Shown here in pieces: positions 59,210 to 64,000 of a stretch of 64,000 bases of DNA. Within the stretch, counting starts at the first letter, position 1. Every line of letters begins with the position of its first letter. The notes under the pieces were generated by a model. It was not told the DNA's origin. It did no database searches and worked only from the letters and a program-made list of their open reading frames with translations. Both the position numbers and the translations under genes were made by a program. The DNA is from Octopus vulgaris (Eukaryota): positions 45,694,001-45,758,000 of the forward strand of contig OX597834.1 in NCBI GenBank assembly GCA_951406725.2, in the 5' to 3' direction.

Positions 59210-59965
59210 TACATACACATGCACACATACATGTAGAAGCATTTGCATACTTACACTGAAGCACACTTAACTACATTCAATTAGACACAAGAGTTGGAAA
59301 GAGAGAGAGGCCGAGATAGAGAGAGAGAGACAAAGTGAGACGTGAGGAGGAGAGAGAAAGACATAGATTCTTCAGCCCGAAAGCAATTCAAAGTAGAGGC
59401 TTCATTAAATCAGCCGCTGAAAGTGGGAAAGAAATCAAATTCCAGATTTAATAATGAAGTAAACAAAATTCTAATACGAAAAACAGGACAAAAAACATTA
59501 TACGAATAAAAATCAATACGTGTGATAATCGATAATTTCGGATTAATTATAAATGAATGAATCGCCGTGCACCACTAGGTGACAACGTTTCAACTTTCTT
59601 CCTTCTAGCTAATTAGGTAATGTTACACTAAGCAATTCGTTTCTACGAGTGTTAAGGAAAAATAATAAAGTGATTGGTTTGTTCTTTCTATAATTTTATT
59701 ATTGTTATATTTTTCTTTCTCTTGCTATTATTATTATTATTATTATCATTATTATTTCGTCTTATTATTTAAGTCAAAACGATCGAAAAAGGCCCGGTGA
59801 ATAATTATTATATGACAAGCTGTTAAAATAGGATTTAGTTGTGAATAAAAGTGTAGAGTTATTATTGAGGACGCGATAACTGACGAGGAACAAAACTGCC
59901 GATGAAATACGAAATGTTCTCTCTCGCTTTCTCGCTCTTTCTCTCTCTCTCTCTCTCTCTGTCCA

Positions 59966-60047
<82 letters not shown>

Positions 60048-60206
60048 TATATATAATATTATTATTATTATTATTATTAATATGAGGAAATCAATATTAG
60101 AAAGTTCTTCAGAATGATATATACGTGTGTAAAATAATTGTTGTATTAAAATTAAATATAAATATATAATAATAAATATGACAGTATAAAAGTTTTGAAT
60201 TAACTT

Positions 60207-61345
<1,139 letters not shown>

Positions 61346-62069
61346 TGCAGTATGTTGAGTCGATTAATCGTAGTAAAACGGAGTTGTTTAATCTCTTACA
61401 AACGTACGGCGTGTGTAGAAAATTCCAAAATAGTTTCTTTACAACTCCATTTTGAATACTGTAAAATCTAGAATAAAAGGCATGGCAGGAGTAGTCGAGT
61501 ACTCCAGGTATTTCAAAAGCACTTTAGGTGCATTTCACGTAACATTACCAAGGTCTAATAGCCGTACTCGTTACTTCGCCATCAGGTATATTCGACTATT
61601 TAGTTGAAAATACCCGCCGTAATAAGGAGTGTGAACAAAATTGGGCTAATAAGACTGCATTACGAAAGTTGGAGCCGAGATGGTAATTGTTACTAAACCA
61701 ATAGCGTACCCGCCTCACCGATTGCTTCAGTAAAGTAGATATGAAGCTGCCTTCATTTCTTCATCGCCATGTTGAATTATTGTAGTAACTGCGGTAGATT
61801 GTAATATCATAGAAAACATCGTCAATAATGTGCAATCGGCAAACCGAAAGCTGAGATATTGGGATGTTTATTGCTTAGGAACGATAGATATTAGGAATAA
61901 CAAATCATATAGTAAACAACGGGGAAGAGAAATGAAGGCAAAATGAAAAAGAATACAAATAGAATAAAAACAAATATGGCGACAGTATGATGTTAGTTGT
62001 ATGTTTGCAGTTGTTCACACATACACGAAACGGAAGCTACGTAGAGGTATACGTACGAAGGATGCCAGT

Positions 62070-62103
<34 letters not shown>

Positions 62104-62113
<10 letters not shown>

Positions 62114-62906
62114 GAGGATAATATCGATGTTTAAGTGTCGAAATTATCAAGTGGCCAGCATGTATATGTAAGTATATCGTTTGCTGTGCGTATATATATC
62201 TGTATTTATGTACCCTTGATATATTCAATTGATGACGGTAAAGCTTATCTAAAGCAGAACCAGAAATCCTTGGATCTTGAATTATTCAATAATTTTTGCT
62301 TGTATGTTCTGTCCCTCCGCTTTACCTCATGGTGCGATATGAACATTTAACGTGGTTTTATAGTCAGAGTTTCGACTGCTATTTCGGCATGTTGGTGTCT
62401 TTTTGAGACACCCTCATTTTTAATTGTTAAAAATTGTTTTACCTTTGTAAGGTATTTCTTTCATGCTGGCCACTTGATAATTTCGACACTTAAACATCGA
62501 TATTATCCTCATATATAAATTTATATAATTCGTTATTATATTCACTGCAGTGCTTATTTTAACCATATCGTACTTATGCGGTGATTTGGCGGGCGATTCA
62601 GACTGGCTGTGTCCATACGTGCATATGTATGTATGTACGACGCTCGTATATGTAAGTATATCGTTTGCTGTGCGTATATATATCTGTATTTATGTACCCT
62701 TGATATATTCAATTGATGACGGTAAAGCTTATCTAAAGCAGAACCAGAAATCCTTGGATCTTGAATTATTCAATAATTTTTGCTTGTACGTTCTGTCCCT
62801 CCGCTTTACCTCATGGTGCGATATGAACATTTAACGTGGTTTTATAGTCAGAGTTTCGACTGCTATTTCGGCATGTTGGTGTCTTTTAGACACCCTCATT
62901 TTTAAT

Positions 62907-62907
<1 letters not shown>
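62104..62907. repeat. Inverted repeat (62104-62162 / 62462-62520) plus direct duplication (62162-62425 / 62646-62907)
   Basis: 59 bp perfect inverted repeat; about 263 bp near-identical direct copies. Confidence 0.95.
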
Positions 62908-62942
<35 letters not shown>

Positions 62943-63025
62943 GCTACAAGCACACACATATACACATACATGCATATATCTACCTATCTATCGATATATA
63001 TATATATATTTGTAAATAAATATAG

Positions 63026-63068
<43 letters not shown>

Positions 63069-63150
63069 CTAGGGATGTATGAAAAGTTTTGAGTTTTGAG
63101 CCTTCAAGGCCTTTGAGCCTTGAAGTCCTGTACCTTTTCATACACCCCTC

Positions 63151-63153
<3 letters not shown>
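63069..63153. mobile_element. Tiny mariner-type MITE
   Basis: TACTAGGGATGTATGAAAAG ... CTTTTCATACACCCCTCGTA inverted termini within (TA)n. Confidence 0.7.
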
Positions 63154-63208
<55 letters not shown>

Positions 63209-64000
63209 GTTATCTTTTACTTGTTTTAGTAATTTGACTGCGGCCAAGCTAGGGTACCGCCTTGAAGGGTTTTTATGAAATACATTCATATTCTTAGATG
63301 TATACACGAATGAAATATACGAATATTTACCTGCATACTCTTTACACTGCATATATTTAAGAAACAAATTATTAACAAATAGTTACAAGTATATACACAC
63401 TTAGATATAAATCTCTCCGAGCAATTACCATCCTATGATATCACAATAAATGTAACAGTAAGATATTGAAATAAAAGTATATCGACTATATAAGGAAACA
63501 CAAGCATTTCATACATGAAGACGTATGCTGGAAGTAAGTATTAATGTCAAAAAGAAGAAACCGTGCTGTAAAGAAATCAGAGTGAAATGAGACAGATGCA
63601 CAAATTTACAGGTATAATTATAGAGGCACAAATTCATACGTACAAAAATGCATGCAGACACACACATGCGTATGTTTAAGGTCTTTGGGCTTATAGAAAA
63701 ACAACAATGAAAATATATAGGTAGTAAGAGCTAGGATGTAACATGGCACCCAAGGGAATTGTAAAGGAACCGAAGTAATAAGTTCACTGTCAGGAGTGTA
63801 ATGTGTGGGATGTGTACTAATCTCAGTGCGGCCTCCTAAGCCGAATAATTTCCAACAACACAGTCGTATGTACCAGATGTCAAAAGTACACTGGACGGCT
63901 ACAAGTGGTTCGTAATACTACGTAATATACACGTGATGTGCTTATAAAACAGCTGCAGTACTCGAGTACCTCCTTCATCCCCTTTATTTACACGTTTGTT

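Larger units (their letters stand above)
61478..63983. mobile_element. Old DNA transposon with ~140 bp diverged TIRs (Kolobok-like ends)
   Basis: 61472-61611 aligns colinearly with the reverse complement of 63848-63988; ends read TAAA|AGG ... CCT|TTAT. Confidence 0.65.

Overview
AT-rich, microsatellite-saturated eukaryotic intergenic or intronic DNA. I recognise the SINE families as those of Octopus (coleoid cephalopod); that assignment is inference. I can support no host protein-coding exon, and nearly all listed ORFs are translated (TA)n/(CA)n/(CT)n repeats. The window holds: a full-length dead DD34D mariner; hAT-like and Tc1-like transposase relics; LINE fragments (CR1-type, RTE, R4/Dong-like); three tRNA-derived SINE families; and two kb-scale compound (TA)n arrays. 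Signals worth follow-up: (1) three young local inverted duplications with templated junctions; (2) a CR1-type LINE whose 3' end is the tail of the dominant SINE, with a covarying stem-loop; (3) several hammerhead-ribozyme-like motifs, most in Penelope-like termini; (4) an old ~2.5 kb element with ~140 bp TIRs and Kolobok-like ends; (5) (TAA)n-targeted R4/Dong copies. All alignments were done by eye, and repeat boundaries are approximate unless a sequence is quoted.
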